A stretch of DNA of 64,000 bases. Origin: an uncultured Cytophagia bacterium (GTDB lineage Bacteria; Zhuqueibacterota; Zhuqueibacteria; Thermofontimicrobiales; Thermofontimicrobiaceae). Under the pieces are notes generated by a model. It was not told the DNA's origin and did not search any database. It was given only the letters and a program-made list of their open reading frames with translations. Every line of letters starts with the position of its first letter. The first letter of the stretch is position 1. The position numbers and the translations under genes are program-made. The stretch is from contig CAZSBG010000015.1 of NCBI GenBank assembly GCA_964605145.1, forward strand, positions 373-64,372, given 5' to 3'. Shown piece after piece: positions 1-11,300 of the stretch.

Positions 1-286
1 TCATTTCTCCCTCAGGTTCGCCCAGCGCAACGCGTTCATTTGGCTGGCATTGCCTCAGCCGAACAGAGATTTCATCGTTCGCCCGTTCTTTGATGATCAA
101 TTCGAGGAACGGCTCTTTTTCGCCGGAATAAATGGAGTAATCGTGAACCAAATTTTCGCCGGGAAATCCGATGGGGATGTGTTGCCCGGCGCGGAAATTT
201 ATGTCCCCTCGTTCGATTCGAACGACGTAAACCGTTGAATTTATATGTCGAATTCCCAGACATTTATGAGTACTTTTTCTTGCCAC
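1..286 (-). CDS. Ferredoxin-NADP+ reductase-family FAD-binding oxidoreductase, N-terminal part (runs off the window edge)
   Basis: Not in the ORF track. Manual translation from GTG at 286 gives MARKSTHKCLGIRHINSTVYVVRIERGDINFRAGQHIPIGFPGENLVHDYSIYSGEKEPFLELIIKE...VRLRQCQPNERVALGEPEGEM, which carries the FNR-type F(R)AGQ and YSI-S motifs. Confidence 0.7.
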   Translation of the reverse strand, partial: MARKSTHKCLGIRHINSTVYVVRIERGDINFRAGQHIPIGFPGENLVHDYSIYSGEKEPFLELIIKERANDEISVRLRQCQPNERVALGEPEGEM

Positions 287-418
287 AATAGCACTCTTAA
301 CTTGAATAAAATCTCAAAATCCAAGAACCAAATATCAAATAAAATTCAAAAAAATAATATTCAAAATGCATCGATCTATCAGTGAAATCTGCGTTCATCC
401 ATTGGATCAGTGCCCCAA

Positions 419-1858
419 TTATTTTTTGGCCAATGGATTGAAAATATGGATCGCTTTGTTCGCCACCGCGTCCGCTGCTTCGCCGATTCCCTCCGGCAGC
501 GTGGGATGCGCGTGAATGGTGAGCGTCAGATCATCGACGTGGGAAGCGGATTCCACGGCAAGCGCGCCTTCAGCGATCAAATCCGATGCGTGCGGACCAA
601 CGATATGCACTCCAAGTACGGTGCCGGCATCGGCATCGGACACGACCTTTGTCAGGCCATCGATTTCACCGATGGTCATGGCACGACCCAATGCCCGGAA
701 CGGGAACACGCCGGTTTTCACTTCGTAGCCTTCTTTCTCCGCTTCTGCCTCAGTCATTCCCACGGTAGCGATTTCCGGATCACTGAAAATAACGCCCGGA
801 ATGGCCAGATTATCAAACGCAGCCGGTTCACCGGAAATTACTTCCGCCGTAACTTTGCCCATGTGCGATGCACGATGAGCCAGCATCATCCCAACCACAA
901 TATCTCCAATTGCGTAAACGCCGTCCACATCGGTTTCCATGCGGTCGTTCACGTTAATGAATCCGCGCTCGTCCGTTTTCAGCCCCAGCTTGTCCAGGCC
1001 GATGTCGTCGGTATTGGGTCGCCGGCCAACAGCGACCAGCACTTTGTCGGCTTCCAGCGTTTTGGTTTCGCCGTTTTTCACATAGCTAATTTCAGCGCGA
1101 TTGTTTTTCACCTTTACGGACTTCACTTCACTGCCAAGCTGCAAATCGATTCCGTTTTTCTTCAGCGATTTTTCCAGAACTCGTGCCACTTCCGGGTCGA
1201 GTATGGGAAGCAGTTTCTCCTGGAATTCCAGCACGGTCACTTCCGCACCCAACTTTCGGTACACGGTTCCCAACTCAATCCCGACCGAACCGGCGCCGAT
1301 GACAACCATTTTCTCCGGCACTTCCGGCAGTGACAGCGCAACCGAAGAATCGATGATGACTTTCCCATCGAATGGCAAGCCTGGCAATTCAATCGGACGC
1401 GAGCCGGTGGCAATGATGATGTTTTTATATTCGAACCGCTGCAGGCCTTCGCGCGTATCGACCAGAATGTGGCCGTGCTCGGTAAAACTGGCAGTCCCCT
1501 GAACCACGTCCACGCCATTTTTCGAAAGCAATCCTTCGATTCCCTTTCGCAGTTTCACCACCACGTCGTTTTTCCATTCGTGCAGCTTTGCCAGGTCGAC
1601 TGAAACATCTTTCGCGATCAGCCCCATTTCTGCGGCTTTGGCTATGTGCTGCTTCAATCCGGACACTTCAATCATCGCTTTGGACGGTATGCACCCCCAG
1701 TTGAGGCAGACGCCTCCCAACTGGTCTTTTTCAATGAGTGTGACTTCCTGTCCCAATTGAGCCGCCCGAATCGCGGCCACATAACCACCCGGACCGGCTC
1801 CCAATACGATGGTATCCACGCTTTGTGTAAAATCTCCAACTACCATTTTCATCTCCAT
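419..1858 (-). CDS. lpdA: Dihydrolipoyl dehydrogenase (E3)
   Basis: GAGPGGYVAAIRAAQLG, redox-active GGVCLNWGCIPSK and C-terminal HAHPTLPE; located in a 2-oxoacid dehydrogenase operon. Confidence 0.95.
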   Translation of the reverse strand: MEMKMVVGDFTQSVDTIVLGAGPGGYVAAIRAAQLGQEVTLIEKDQLGGVCLNWGCIPSKAMIEVSGLKQHIAKAAEMGLIAKDVSVDLAKLHEWKNDVVVKLRKGIEGLLSKNGVDVVQGTASFTEHGHILVDTREGLQRFEYKNIIIATGSRPIELPGLPFDGKVIIDSSVALSLPEVPEKMVVIGAGSVGIELGTVYRKLGAEVTVLEFQEKLLPILDPEVARVLEKSLKKNGIDLQLGSEVKSVKVKNNRAEISYVKNGETKTLEADKVLVAVGRRPNTDDIGLDKLGLKTDERGFINVNDRMETDVDGVYAIGDIVVGMMLAHRASHMGKVTAEVISGEPAAFDNLAIPGVIFSDPEIATVGMTEAEAEKEGYEVKTGVFPFRALGRAMTIGEIDGLTKVVSDADAGTVLGVHIVGPHASDLIAEGALAVESASHVDDLTLTIHAHPTLPEGIGEAADAVANKAIHIFNPLAKK

Positions 1859-1954
1859 TCCTACATTTTTTTTGCCTCAAAGTCTCAAAGACTCGAAGTT
1901 AATATTATATCTTAAAACCGCAACAGCGGCCTGTATTCACTATTTATTGCCACC

Positions 1955-4153
1955 TTAGAAGAAAACTTTGTACAACAGTCGAACATTTCGCCCCGGTTCC
2001 GGCATTATTTCTTTCACGCGATTCAAATGCCTTCGGTACTCCGAATCTCCGATGTTTTCAACTGTCAGTGAAATTGTATGCAACAATTTCCAGTGTGACA
2101 AAAGATACTGAATCGTTAAATCATGTATTACAAACCCATCTGTGGGCTGTTCGAACTGGTCGAGGCGATTTTGCCGATCCGCTCCTTTCGTGTCAAAAAT
2201 GATGGACAATGGCCCACGATGATATCTAACCTCGAATTTGCCGGATAGCGGCGGCATTCGCGGAATAGGCTGATCTTCATCAATTAATTGTCCATGAACA
2301 TGCTGAATTTGTGTGGCGAACGACATCCAGTCTACCGGCGTCCAACTCAGCGACAATTCAAGGCCTGTCATGATCGCGTGCAAGCCGCTGTATTGATACA
2401 GGAACAAATCCGCACGTCGCCAGCTTCTTTCTCCGGTGTTTCGCGGAAAAATAAAATTCTGCAAATCATTCCTGAAAACAGCAGCCCGAATTGAGCCATG
2501 CGTGAACTCATATTCGCCAAACAGCTCAAGTCCAATACCTTTTTCAGTATTCAAATCCGCGTTCCCGACTTCATACGAATAAGCCGCCAAATGCGGCCCC
2601 TCGGAAAAAAGTTCTTCCACGCCCGGCGCGCGAAATGTTCGAATGACAGAGGCGCCAACCATAAAATCAGGCAGAAAATGGTAATGCCCGGCCAGCGCCG
2701 CGGATATTCCGGCAAAGTCACGTTTTCGGATATTCCCGACGCGCCGCGAATAGTAGCTTTCTTCAGGTTGAACCAATTTCCCATCGATCCGAAGGGTACC
2801 GTTGAACGACCATCGTCCCCGAATATATTCATTGTAAATATATGCGGCCGCTGCCAATTCCTTTGTTTCCGGCGTAAACGTGAGTCCGCCGGAAGCGTAA
2901 TCACGATGCTCTCCCCAAATTCCGATTCTCGCATTATGAAGCGGTCCGCATTCGCAAAAATGCAAAATTGCCGACGCGTTGTGGGTCACCACGCCGAATT
3001 CCATGCCAATAGTCCCGGACGATTCGATCTCCTCGTGCTGGTAGCGCGAGTACTGGTGTTTCAGGTACAGATGCCGAATCATCGCTGTTGGGATGTTAAA
3101 TTGTCCCTCCGTGATAAGGTGCTGCCTGAGCATATCGATATCCACGCCATTGGGATGCCCGGCAAGGGGATCCGGGGGAATTCCGTACCTGGAATCGTAC
3201 ACACCTCCGGACATGCCAACATGCCCCCAATCGCGAACCAGACTGAAACCGGCTGAGCCGTTCACTGTCTGAATATCCGTATTCCCAAGCTCGCCAGCCG
3301 GTGTATTTACATTGCCGGCAGAGCGATAGCTGAAATCGGTTCGAACCGCCAGACCTCCCACGGGCACACTCAGCTCGAAAGCGCCGGCACCGCCCTGGTT
3401 CACACTTTCACCGTTCAGCGTGACCGATCCGGTTATCCTCTCCGGAAAAACGCGCGGAATGGATTCCCGAATCACGTTGATTACGCCGGCCATGGCGTTC
3501 GAGCCATAGATCAAGGCTTCCGGGCCGCGAACCACCTCGATACGCGTTGTGGTCATCGGGTCGATGGATACCGCGTGATCAGCCGATGTTGTGGAGAGGT
3601 CGCCGGTGCGCTCGCCATCTTCCAGCAAAAGCAGTCTGTCGCCGCCAAGCCCCCGAAGCACCGGCCGCGCCGGCGCCGGCCCCATGGTAATTTTATCCAG
3701 GCCCGGCTCATTTTCCAGAGCTTTGGCAATGGTCATGCCGAGATTCTGCCGCAGTTTTCGGTCCGCAACAACAATATCCGGATTTTCCACGGTAGAATCG
3801 CCCCGCGCACGATGCGCGGAGACCGTCACATCGCCGATCATCATCGGCGCCATCACAACACGAAAAATTTTCTCCGTAACCTGGCCATCTTTTATTCTTA
3901 TCTGCTCAACAGTCTCTTTATAACCGAGGCGATACGTCTTTACCGAGTGACGACCGACCGGAATATTTTCGAATCGAAATGTCCCATCACTTTTTACCCG
4001 CTGCCAGAAATGAATCTCCTCGATGAGCAAATAGACAAACCCCACAGATTCTCCTGTTGCAGCATCTACCACGCGTCCGCTCAAGACACCTGACCCGGGA
4101 GTGTGTGCTTCCACCCGCGGGACATAGTCGACAATATTCATTATAAAGAACAA
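1955..4153 (-). CDS. TonB-dependent outer-membrane receptor with N-terminal carboxypeptidase-regulatory-like domain (ZnuD-like subfamily)
   Basis: Plug motifs RPVLRGLGGDR, ADHAVSIDP and RIEVVRGPEALIYGSNAMAGVINVI; C-terminal MPEPGRNVRLLYKVFF; start codon uncertain. Confidence 0.88.
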   Translation of the reverse strand: MFFIMNIVDYVPRVEAHTPGSGVLSGRVVDAATGESVGFVYLLIEEIHFWQRVKSDGTFRFENIPVGRHSVKTYRLGYKETVEQIRIKDGQVTEKIFRVVMAPMMIGDVTVSAHRARGDSTVENPDIVVADRKLRQNLGMTIAKALENEPGLDKITMGPAPARPVLRGLGGDRLLLLEDGERTGDLSTTSADHAVSIDPMTTTRIEVVRGPEALIYGSNAMAGVINVIRESIPRVFPERITGSVTLNGESVNQGGAGAFELSVPVGGLAVRTDFSYRSAGNVNTPAGELGNTDIQTVNGSAGFSLVRDWGHVGMSGGVYDSRYGIPPDPLAGHPNGVDIDMLRQHLITEGQFNIPTAMIRHLYLKHQYSRYQHEEIESSGTIGMEFGVVTHNASAILHFCECGPLHNARIGIWGEHRDYASGGLTFTPETKELAAAAYIYNEYIRGRWSFNGTLRIDGKLVQPEESYYSRRVGNIRKRDFAGISAALAGHYHFLPDFMVGASVIRTFRAPGVEELFSEGPHLAAYSYEVGNADLNTEKGIGLELFGEYEFTHGSIRAAVFRNDLQNFIFPRNTGERSWRRADLFLYQYSGLHAIMTGLELSLSWTPVDWMSFATQIQHVHGQLIDEDQPIPRMPPLSGKFEVRYHRGPLSIIFDTKGADRQNRLDQFEQPTDGFVIHDLTIQYLLSHWKLLHTISLTVENIGDSEYRRHLNRVKEIMPEPGRNVRLLYKVFF

Positions 4154-4161
4154 TTTGGAAT

Positions 4162-5427
4162 TTATATCACATCCACCAGCATTCGCATGGGATCCTGCAA
4201 TAATTGAATAATGTGATTTAGAAATCTCGCCACCACCGCTCCGTCAAGGATTCGATGATCGAATGAAACGACCAGCGGCATCATGGTACGAACTACGATT
4301 TCATCGTCTTTCACGACCGGCTTTTTTCGAGCTGCCATCACGCCCAGAATTGCCACCTGGGGATGCTGGATAATCGGCGTTGCGTGAATACCGCCGATGC
4401 CGCCAGGATTGGTGATGGTGAATGTGCCGCCGCGTAAATCTTCCAGGTCAATTTCCCGGTTCCGCGCCTGTGTCGATAGATTTTGAATTTCTTCAGCAAT
4501 TTGAAGAATACTCCTCTTGTTGGCATCTTTTACAACAGGCACCATCAATCCCTGGTCTGTATCCGTTGCAATGCCGAGATGGAAGTAATCCTTGTACACC
4601 AGGTCGCCGCTTTCCTCGTCCAGAGAACTATTGACCTCAGGGAATGCCTGCAGCGCGGACACAACCGCTTTTGCGATGAACGGAGTAATGGTCAATTTTA
4701 TGCCGCGCTGCTCGGCCATGGGTTTCTGCCGTTTCAGCACATCGAACAGATCGGTCACATCGACCTCGTCCGTATGCGATACATGCGGAATGGTTGAAAA
4801 CGACCGAACCATCACTTCGGCGATTCGCTTGCGAATGCCCTTGAGTGGCTCTCTCCGAACAGGGCCGTATTTTTCAAAATCAAAGCCCAAGGTGGACGGC
4901 TCGTGACTGACTGCTGCAGCGCGAGGAATTTTTGGAGGCGCAGCAGGCGCTTCCTTCACTGCGCGACGCACATCATCGTCGGTCACTCGGCCGCGTGGTC
5001 CGGAGCCGGACACTGTATTGATGTCCACGCCCAATTCCCGCGCCAGATGCCGGGTATGCGGCGTGGCCAGCGCGCGTTTTGTCGCGGCAGGTTTCTCTTC
5101 CAGCACCGGTTCTTTTTTCACATCCCCAGACGGCGCAGCGGCTTCCTTGACCGGCGGTTCAACTTCCGGCTGTTCGCCTTCGATTTCCTGGTTTGTTTCA
5201 AGAATAATAATCGGATCACCGACTTCAACAATATCCCCGGGATTGCGGGGAATCTCTAATATTTTTCCATCTGCCGGAGATGGCAGCGTCACGACTGCTT
5301 TATCGGTTTCTATCTTAATAATCGTTTGATCTGCTTTAACGGCATCACCGACCTGAACTTCATAACCGACGATCTCAGCTTCATGAATGCCTTCTCCGAC
5401 ATCCGGTAATCGGAATACATATCTCAT
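4162..5427 (-). CDS. pdhC: Dihydrolipoamide acyltransferase (E2)
   Basis: Lipoyl domain ETDKA, E3-binding GSGPRGRV and catalytic FDHRILDG. Confidence 0.92.
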   Translation of the reverse strand: MRYVFRLPDVGEGIHEAEIVGYEVQVGDAVKADQTIIKIETDKAVVTLPSPADGKILEIPRNPGDIVEVGDPIIILETNQEIEGEQPEVEPPVKEAAAPSGDVKKEPVLEEKPAATKRALATPHTRHLARELGVDINTVSGSGPRGRVTDDDVRRAVKEAPAAPPKIPRAAAVSHEPSTLGFDFEKYGPVRREPLKGIRKRIAEVMVRSFSTIPHVSHTDEVDVTDLFDVLKRQKPMAEQRGIKLTITPFIAKAVVSALQAFPEVNSSLDEESGDLVYKDYFHLGIATDTDQGLMVPVVKDANKRSILQIAEEIQNLSTQARNREIDLEDLRGGTFTITNPGGIGGIHATPIIQHPQVAILGVMAARKKPVVKDDEIVVRTMMPLVVSFDHRILDGAVVARFLNHIIQLLQDPMRMLVDVI

Positions 5428-5428
5428 T

Positions 5429-6406
5429 TTAAAACTCCATTGTTTTATGTATTGCTCTTACAACACGTTCAGTATTCGGGTAATTATGTTCCTCCATTTT
5501 TGCCAGAGGAGGAATGATGTCGTAACCGGTCACGCGCTGAATTGGCGCCAACAGATGGAGAATACTTCTCTCTCCCACCTGGGCTGCAATTTCCGACGCC
5601 ACCCCAAACGAGCGCGGCGCTTCCTGAACAATAACCAGTCGACCGGTTTTTTCAACGGAAGCGGTAATTTTTTCAATATCAAACGGGTTAATCGTGCGCA
5701 AATCAATCACTTCGGCATCCACGCCTTCCTTGCTCACGTGCTCGGCAGCATCGAGGCAGAATGGCACCATAGCGCCCCAGCCGATCAGCGTGATGTCGTT
5801 TCCTTCGCGCACAACATCTGCTTCGCCGATGGGCGTTCGGTAAATTTCATCCGGGACTTCGACTTTTTTCAGCCGATAGAGCCGCTTCGGTTCCAAATAT
5901 ATCACCGGGTCCGGATCTTCAATGGCGGAAATGAGCAATCCTTTTGCATCGACAGGATTGGACGGGATGACCACTTTCAGCCCGGGAAGATGCGCAAAAT
6001 GCGCTTCCGTACTTTCCGAATGATGCTCCAGCGCTCGAACGCCGGCGCCATAGGGCGCACGCACGACCAGCGACATGCCATACCGTCCCTGACTGCGGTG
6101 CCGGTACCGGGCGACGTGTCCCAAAATTTGATCGAATGACTGATAAATAAATCCCATGAACTGAATTTCAGCGACAGGTTTCATACCATGGATAGCCATA
6201 CCCACGCTGGCCCCAACGATGGATGATTCTGCCAGCGGCGTATCCATCACCCGCGCTTCACCGAATTTTTCGATCAATCCCAGGGTTGCCCGGAACACAC
6301 CACCGTCGACTCCCACATCTTCGCCCAGGACAACCACAGTTTTATCTTCTTCCATTTTTTGGAATAACGCTTCATTTATCGCCTGAATCATAGATTTTCG
6401 TGCCAT
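5429..6406 (-). CDS. pdhB: 2-oxoacid (pyruvate) dehydrogenase E1 beta subunit
   Basis: GEDVGVDGGVFRAT, DTPLAES, EIQF and EHHSES motifs. Confidence 0.92.
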   Translation of the reverse strand: MARKSMIQAINEALFQKMEEDKTVVVLGEDVGVDGGVFRATLGLIEKFGEARVMDTPLAESSIVGASVGMAIHGMKPVAEIQFMGFIYQSFDQILGHVARYRHRSQGRYGMSLVVRAPYGAGVRALEHHSESTEAHFAHLPGLKVVIPSNPVDAKGLLISAIEDPDPVIYLEPKRLYRLKKVEVPDEIYRTPIGEADVVREGNDITLIGWGAMVPFCLDAAEHVSKEGVDAEVIDLRTINPFDIEKITASVEKTGRLVIVQEAPRSFGVASEIAAQVGERSILHLLAPIQRVTGYDIIPPLAKMEEHNYPNTERVVRAIHKTMEF

Positions 6407-7467
6407 TATTTTACCCCTCCTTTCCCGGAGAATTCTCTGACCTCTTCCATTTGTTCTTTCAGATGCCAGGGCATTTCCTTGTAAATATATTTGAACATGT
6501 CCGCGGGATCCGCAGGTTCCTCGGCTTCGTAACCTTTCACCGCTTCATCCACTTCCTTTGTACATTCTGCAATCAGTTGTTTATCCTTTTCTTCGGTCCA
6601 GCCACGGCTGTTCATCATAAAAATTTTCAGCCGATTGATGGGATCTTTTTTCTCCCATTCTGCCAGTGCTTCCGGTTTACGGTAACGCGTGGCATCGTCG
6701 GCCGTTGTGTGGTCGCCCATGCGATAGGTAACCAGTTCAATCAGCGCTGGCTTGTTATTCTTTCGCGCAGATTCGACGTATTTTTTCACTGTGGAGTACA
6801 CAGCAAAAATATCGTTACCGTCAACCCGAACGCCATCGATGGTATAGGCGGCTGCTTTTTCAGCAATTGTTTCCGTAGCGGTCTGTTTGCTGAATGGCAG
6901 GGAAATCGCCCACTGGTTATTTTGAATGACAAAGACGACCGGGGCTTTGAACACGGCTGCCATGTTCAGGCTTTCGTGGAAATCACCCTGAGAGGTCGAT
7001 CCATCCCCGGATGAGGACAAGGCAACGTTCTTTTCGCCTTTCAATTTCCCGGCCAGCGCAATACCAACTGCATGGGTCAAATGCGACGCAACAATAATCG
7101 AAGTCGGCGTCACCCGAATATTCTCCGGAATTTTTGCGCCTCGCTCATCGCCGCCCCAGAACATTAACTGATCTTTCAGCGAAATTCCCAGGGCGAACAA
7201 TGCACCGTATTCACGAAACGCGGGTACAAACCAATCATTGGATTGCAGGGGCAATGCCATTCCAACGTTGGCAGCCTCCTGTCCACGAACGGATCCCATG
7301 GTGCCTAACCGGCCCTGTCTCTGCAGGCTCAGGGCTTTGTCATTCCAAATTCGGGTCAGGTTCATTAACCGATACATATTGACGATATCATCGTCAGTGA
7401 TATCGGCAATTGCTTTTTCATCGCAATTTCCTTTTTCGTCTAATATCTGAATTAATTTTGGTTTCAT
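6406..7467 (-). CDS. pdhA: 2-oxoacid (pyruvate) dehydrogenase E1 alpha subunit
   Basis: LQRQGRLG, ThDP motif GDGSTSQGDF...NNQWAIS, YRMGDHTTADD; RBS AGGAG before ATG at 7467. Confidence 0.92.
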   Translation of the reverse strand: MKPKLIQILDEKGNCDEKAIADITDDDIVNMYRLMNLTRIWNDKALSLQRQGRLGTMGSVRGQEAANVGMALPLQSNDWFVPAFREYGALFALGISLKDQLMFWGGDERGAKIPENIRVTPTSIIVASHLTHAVGIALAGKLKGEKNVALSSSGDGSTSQGDFHESLNMAAVFKAPVVFVIQNNQWAISLPFSKQTATETIAEKAAAYTIDGVRVDGNDIFAVYSTVKKYVESARKNNKPALIELVTYRMGDHTTADDATRYRKPEALAEWEKKDPINRLKIFMMNSRGWTEEKDKQLIAECTKEVDEAVKGYEAEEPADPADMFKYIYKEMPWHLKEQMEEVREFSGKGGVK

Positions 7468-7581
7468 AATGACTCCTGTTATCGTTTGAATTTTCATCAC
7501 AACAACATGATTCGTTTTAACATTTATTTTTAGTATTTATCTTTAAATCCAAAAATCGTTTCCAAATTTCGAATAATGTGG

Positions 7582-8379
7582 TTACGCTATCTTTTGAAGC
7601 CCATGCAAGAGACTGAAATCCTGGTCATTCATCATGGCCATATTTTTATTATCCAGAGAATGTATTTCTCGTTCAAAGACCTGCTCGAAGTGGTTCATCA
7701 ATTTGGCTTTGACTCGCGCGCGCGATGGTTCATATCCAATGACTTCATTTACGGTAATCAGCCTAACACCTTCAAGGCCGCAGGGACGAATATAATCGGC
7801 AGGCTCCTTTTCTCCCCCGATATTCATCGCAAAACCGTAACTCGTCACCCATTTGGACACATGAATTCCCATGGACGCGATTTTATTATTTCCAAGCCAC
7901 AATCCGATTTGCGCTGTTACATTCCTTTTTCTGCTTGCTTTGATTCCGAAACCTCTCAGCGTTCGTAATCCCACTTCTTCGAGCCGGTACATGTATTTCG
8001 AAAGGTTCTGTTCGTGTGGTTTTAATTTCAAAATAGGATAACACACAAGCTGCCCCGGCCAGTGATATGTCAATCCGCCACCGCGAACGGTTTGCACAAA
8101 ATCAATTCCCCGCGACTTGAAATAGGAAATTGGCCTGAGCAAATCAGAATGTTCCAAATCTCTGGCTCCAACTGTCAGCGTAGGCGAATGCGCAAGGAAT
8201 AAGACAACATCCGGAATCACATCGTCTGATCGCAAATGTGTGAGTTTGTGCATCAGACTGTCTGTCTTTGCAAGACTCAACACACCTAAATCCTTCACTG
8301 CACAAAAATTTTGATTCACATCCACGGCTGTCATCTTTTTCAATCCAAGTAATTGTGAAATGAATGAATCTGTATTCAT
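7582..8379 (-). CDS. lipB: Lipoyl(octanoyl) transferase
   Basis: RGGGLTYHWPGQLVCYPI, KIASMG and IRPCGL motifs; adjacent to the pdh genes. Confidence 0.88.
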   Translation of the reverse strand: MNTDSFISQLLGLKKMTAVDVNQNFCAVKDLGVLSLAKTDSLMHKLTHLRSDDVIPDVVLFLAHSPTLTVGARDLEHSDLLRPISYFKSRGIDFVQTVRGGGLTYHWPGQLVCYPILKLKPHEQNLSKYMYRLEEVGLRTLRGFGIKASRKRNVTAQIGLWLGNNKIASMGIHVSKWVTSYGFAMNIGGEKEPADYIRPCGLEGVRLITVNEVIGYEPSRARVKAKLMNHFEQVFEREIHSLDNKNMAMMNDQDFSLLHGLQKIA

Positions 8380-8397
8380 CTATTTAAACCCCGATTC

Positions 8398-11300
8398 TTA
8401 TTTGATTTTCACCACAACAAAAGTAATATCATCCTGATTCGGCTGACAATCGCACCAGTTTTCTCCGGCAAGCACCAGTTCCTGAATTATTTCCCTGGAA
8501 GAACTTTCAGCCGTTTCCTGAAAAGCGGATTGAACTCTGTCATAATTGAACTGTTCTTTACTCGAATTGAAAAGCTCCACCAGGCCATCGGACAAAAACA
8601 GAAGTGCATCACCTTCGTTCAAATCGAGCTCTTTCAACTCATACTCCAAATCCACAAACGCGCCGAGGGGCATTCCCTTGAGCACAATTTGCTCGACAGT
8701 TCCTGTTTCTTTCCGATAATGGAAAAAAGGCGGCATGCCCGCGGATGACGCGATCAATTTTTTATTTTTGATTTTAATCAGCGTCAGCGCCATGAACAAA
8801 TTGCCAAACTTCATTTTCTTTATTGTGCACGTACATTTTTCGAACATTTCGAGAATGTCGAGATGCTGCACATCTGATGTGAACGCCCATTTGATCGCTG
8901 ACACCATGATGCCGGCCTTCAGACCATGACCGGTTGCATCGCCCACCGCGATATTCAATGTCCCGTCATCAGATTCGAAAAAATCGTAATAGTCGCCACC
9001 CACTTCCGTGGCCGTCTTCATATACACAGCAATTTCAAGGTCTGGTAAATCCGGCACATCATTTGGCAGCATTGACAATTGTAATTTCCGCGCTTCTTCC
9101 AGCTCAAGCGTTTTGCGCTCATCTTCCGACTGCATGAATTTTGCCTGGGCTTCTGCTGCCTGAGCTCTCAGTTCGGCTTCAATAACTTTCGATTTTTCAC
9201 GCTCCCGATGTATCAATCTTTTTCGTTGCACACGATCCACGGCCAGAACACCGGCGACAAAAATTAATGAATAAAGAATGAACGCCCATTTTGTTCGCCA
9301 GACCGGCGGTGAAACTGTAATTTGAATTGACGCCCCCTCTTCATTCCAGAGGGCATTATTATTACTGCCTTTCACACGGAAAATATATGTTCCGGGATTC
9401 AAATTCGTAAATGTCACATAATGCCTGTTTCCAGCACTCACCCATTCTTTATTTAATTTTTCCAGCTTATAGGCAAATTGATTCTTTTTTGGAAAAGTGT
9501 AACAAAGCGCTGCAAACTCAATTGAAAATGAATTTTGATCGTAGGACAACTGAATATTCTGGTCCAAATCTTTTTTAAGTGAAATCCTGCTGACTTCACT
9601 TTTGTTTTCTGTTTTATTCAAAACCTGAAAATCAGTGATCACAATGGGTGGAACAAACGCATTATCTTTTACATCATCAGGGAAAAAGTGGTTAAAACCA
9701 TTTATTCCACCAAAATACATTATCCCTTCAGAATCCATATAATAAGACATTACATTGAACTCATTGCTCTGCAGTCCATCAGACACATCAAAGGTTCGAA
9801 TATCTCCAGTTTCCGGATTGAACCTGGCCAAACCGCTGTTCGTGCTCACCCAGAAATTTTTTTGGCTATCTTCCAGAATTCCATGAATGACATTGTTTGG
9901 CAAACCGTCTTTCATCGTATAATTACTAAATGTCTCATCTTTTGCATTGTATTCGTTCAAGCCGACTGTCGTCCCCACCCAGATGATTCCTGCTTCATCT
10001 TCAATAATAGATATGATATCATTACTCGATATGCTTCCGTATTGACTTGTATCCTTTTTAAATCTCGTAAACTTCTCCTTAACCGGATCGAACCGATTCA
10101 AGCCATTGCTCGTCCCTATCCAAAGAGCGCCCTCACGATCCTTCAGCAACGTCTTTATTGAATTATTGCTCAAGGATTCGGTATTTTCGGGATTGTTAAA
10201 ATAGCGCTTAAAAACTCCTCTATCAGGATCAAAATGATTCAGTCCATTCACAGTGCCAATCCACAACGTTCCATCATCATCGCGGATGATAGTCGTAATG
10301 TTATTGTGAGACAAACTGTTCGCATCATTTGGATTATGAAAATATGCTGTATTTTTTTTCGATTGCTGGTCATATCTATTTAATCCTGATACCGTACCTA
10401 TCCACAACATGCCATTATTATCCCAGAGCAAGCTCTGTATATAAAAATTACTGAGAACGCCATTATCATCTTCAGGTGTAAAATGCTCGAATTCATTTAG
10501 TGTCGGATCGTATTTATTCAAACCGAGACCGGTGCCATACCAGATAGCTCCGTTGTTATCCACAGTAATCGCGCGTACGTTGTTGTATCCGTGTCCTTCA
10601 GGATAGCCATAGCGTTTGACATGCGCAAACTTATTGGCCACAGGGTTATATTTATTAATTCCCCCACCCGACGTTCCAATCCACAAAGCGCCGGCACGAT
10701 CCATTAACAAAGAAATGACTTTGTTGTTACTCAGGCTTGCCGGGTTTAACGGATCGTTTATATAGTTAGTAAACTTCCCCGTGTTTTTATCGAATTTATT
10801 CAATCCCCATTGCCAGGTACCCACCCAGATATTCCCAGACTTATCCTCGGCAATACATTTCATATAATTTCTCCAGGTGCTTTCCGGCTGCCCCTGGTCA
10901 ATGCGATAATGAGTGAACGTCCCCTTCTCAGGATTGAATTTTTCAAGACCGCCGTCTGTGGTAATCCACAACGCGCCATTCTTATCTTCATGAATCGATG
11001 TTATCCAATCATCAATCAAACTTTGCGGATCAGAAGGATCATGAGTATAATGCCTAAACGAATTCATCTCCCGATCGAAATAATTTAAACCTCCCCGACC
11101 TGCATCTAAATCACCGGTGCCAATCCATAGTCGACCGGACATATCTTCGTGTATGGCGCTGATAAAATTATGGCTTATGCTGTTCGGATCATCTTCATCA
11201 TGTGTAAATCGCGTGAATGAATTCCCGTCATCTTCGAGTCTGTTAAGGCCCTCCGCTGTACCAACCCACAAGTATCCGTCACTATCCTGAAAGATTTCCC

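Noticed and set aside
305-370. A-rich periodic tract (AAAATCTCAAAATCCAAGAACCAAATATCAAAT...)
   Set aside because: Low-complexity intergenic sequence seen once; no function can be supported.
410-1333. 307-aa plus-strand ORF, and similar long antisense ORFs at 2498, 5387, 6400, 25043 and 55926
   Set aside because: Shadow ORFs opposite well-supported genes; they have no motifs of their own.
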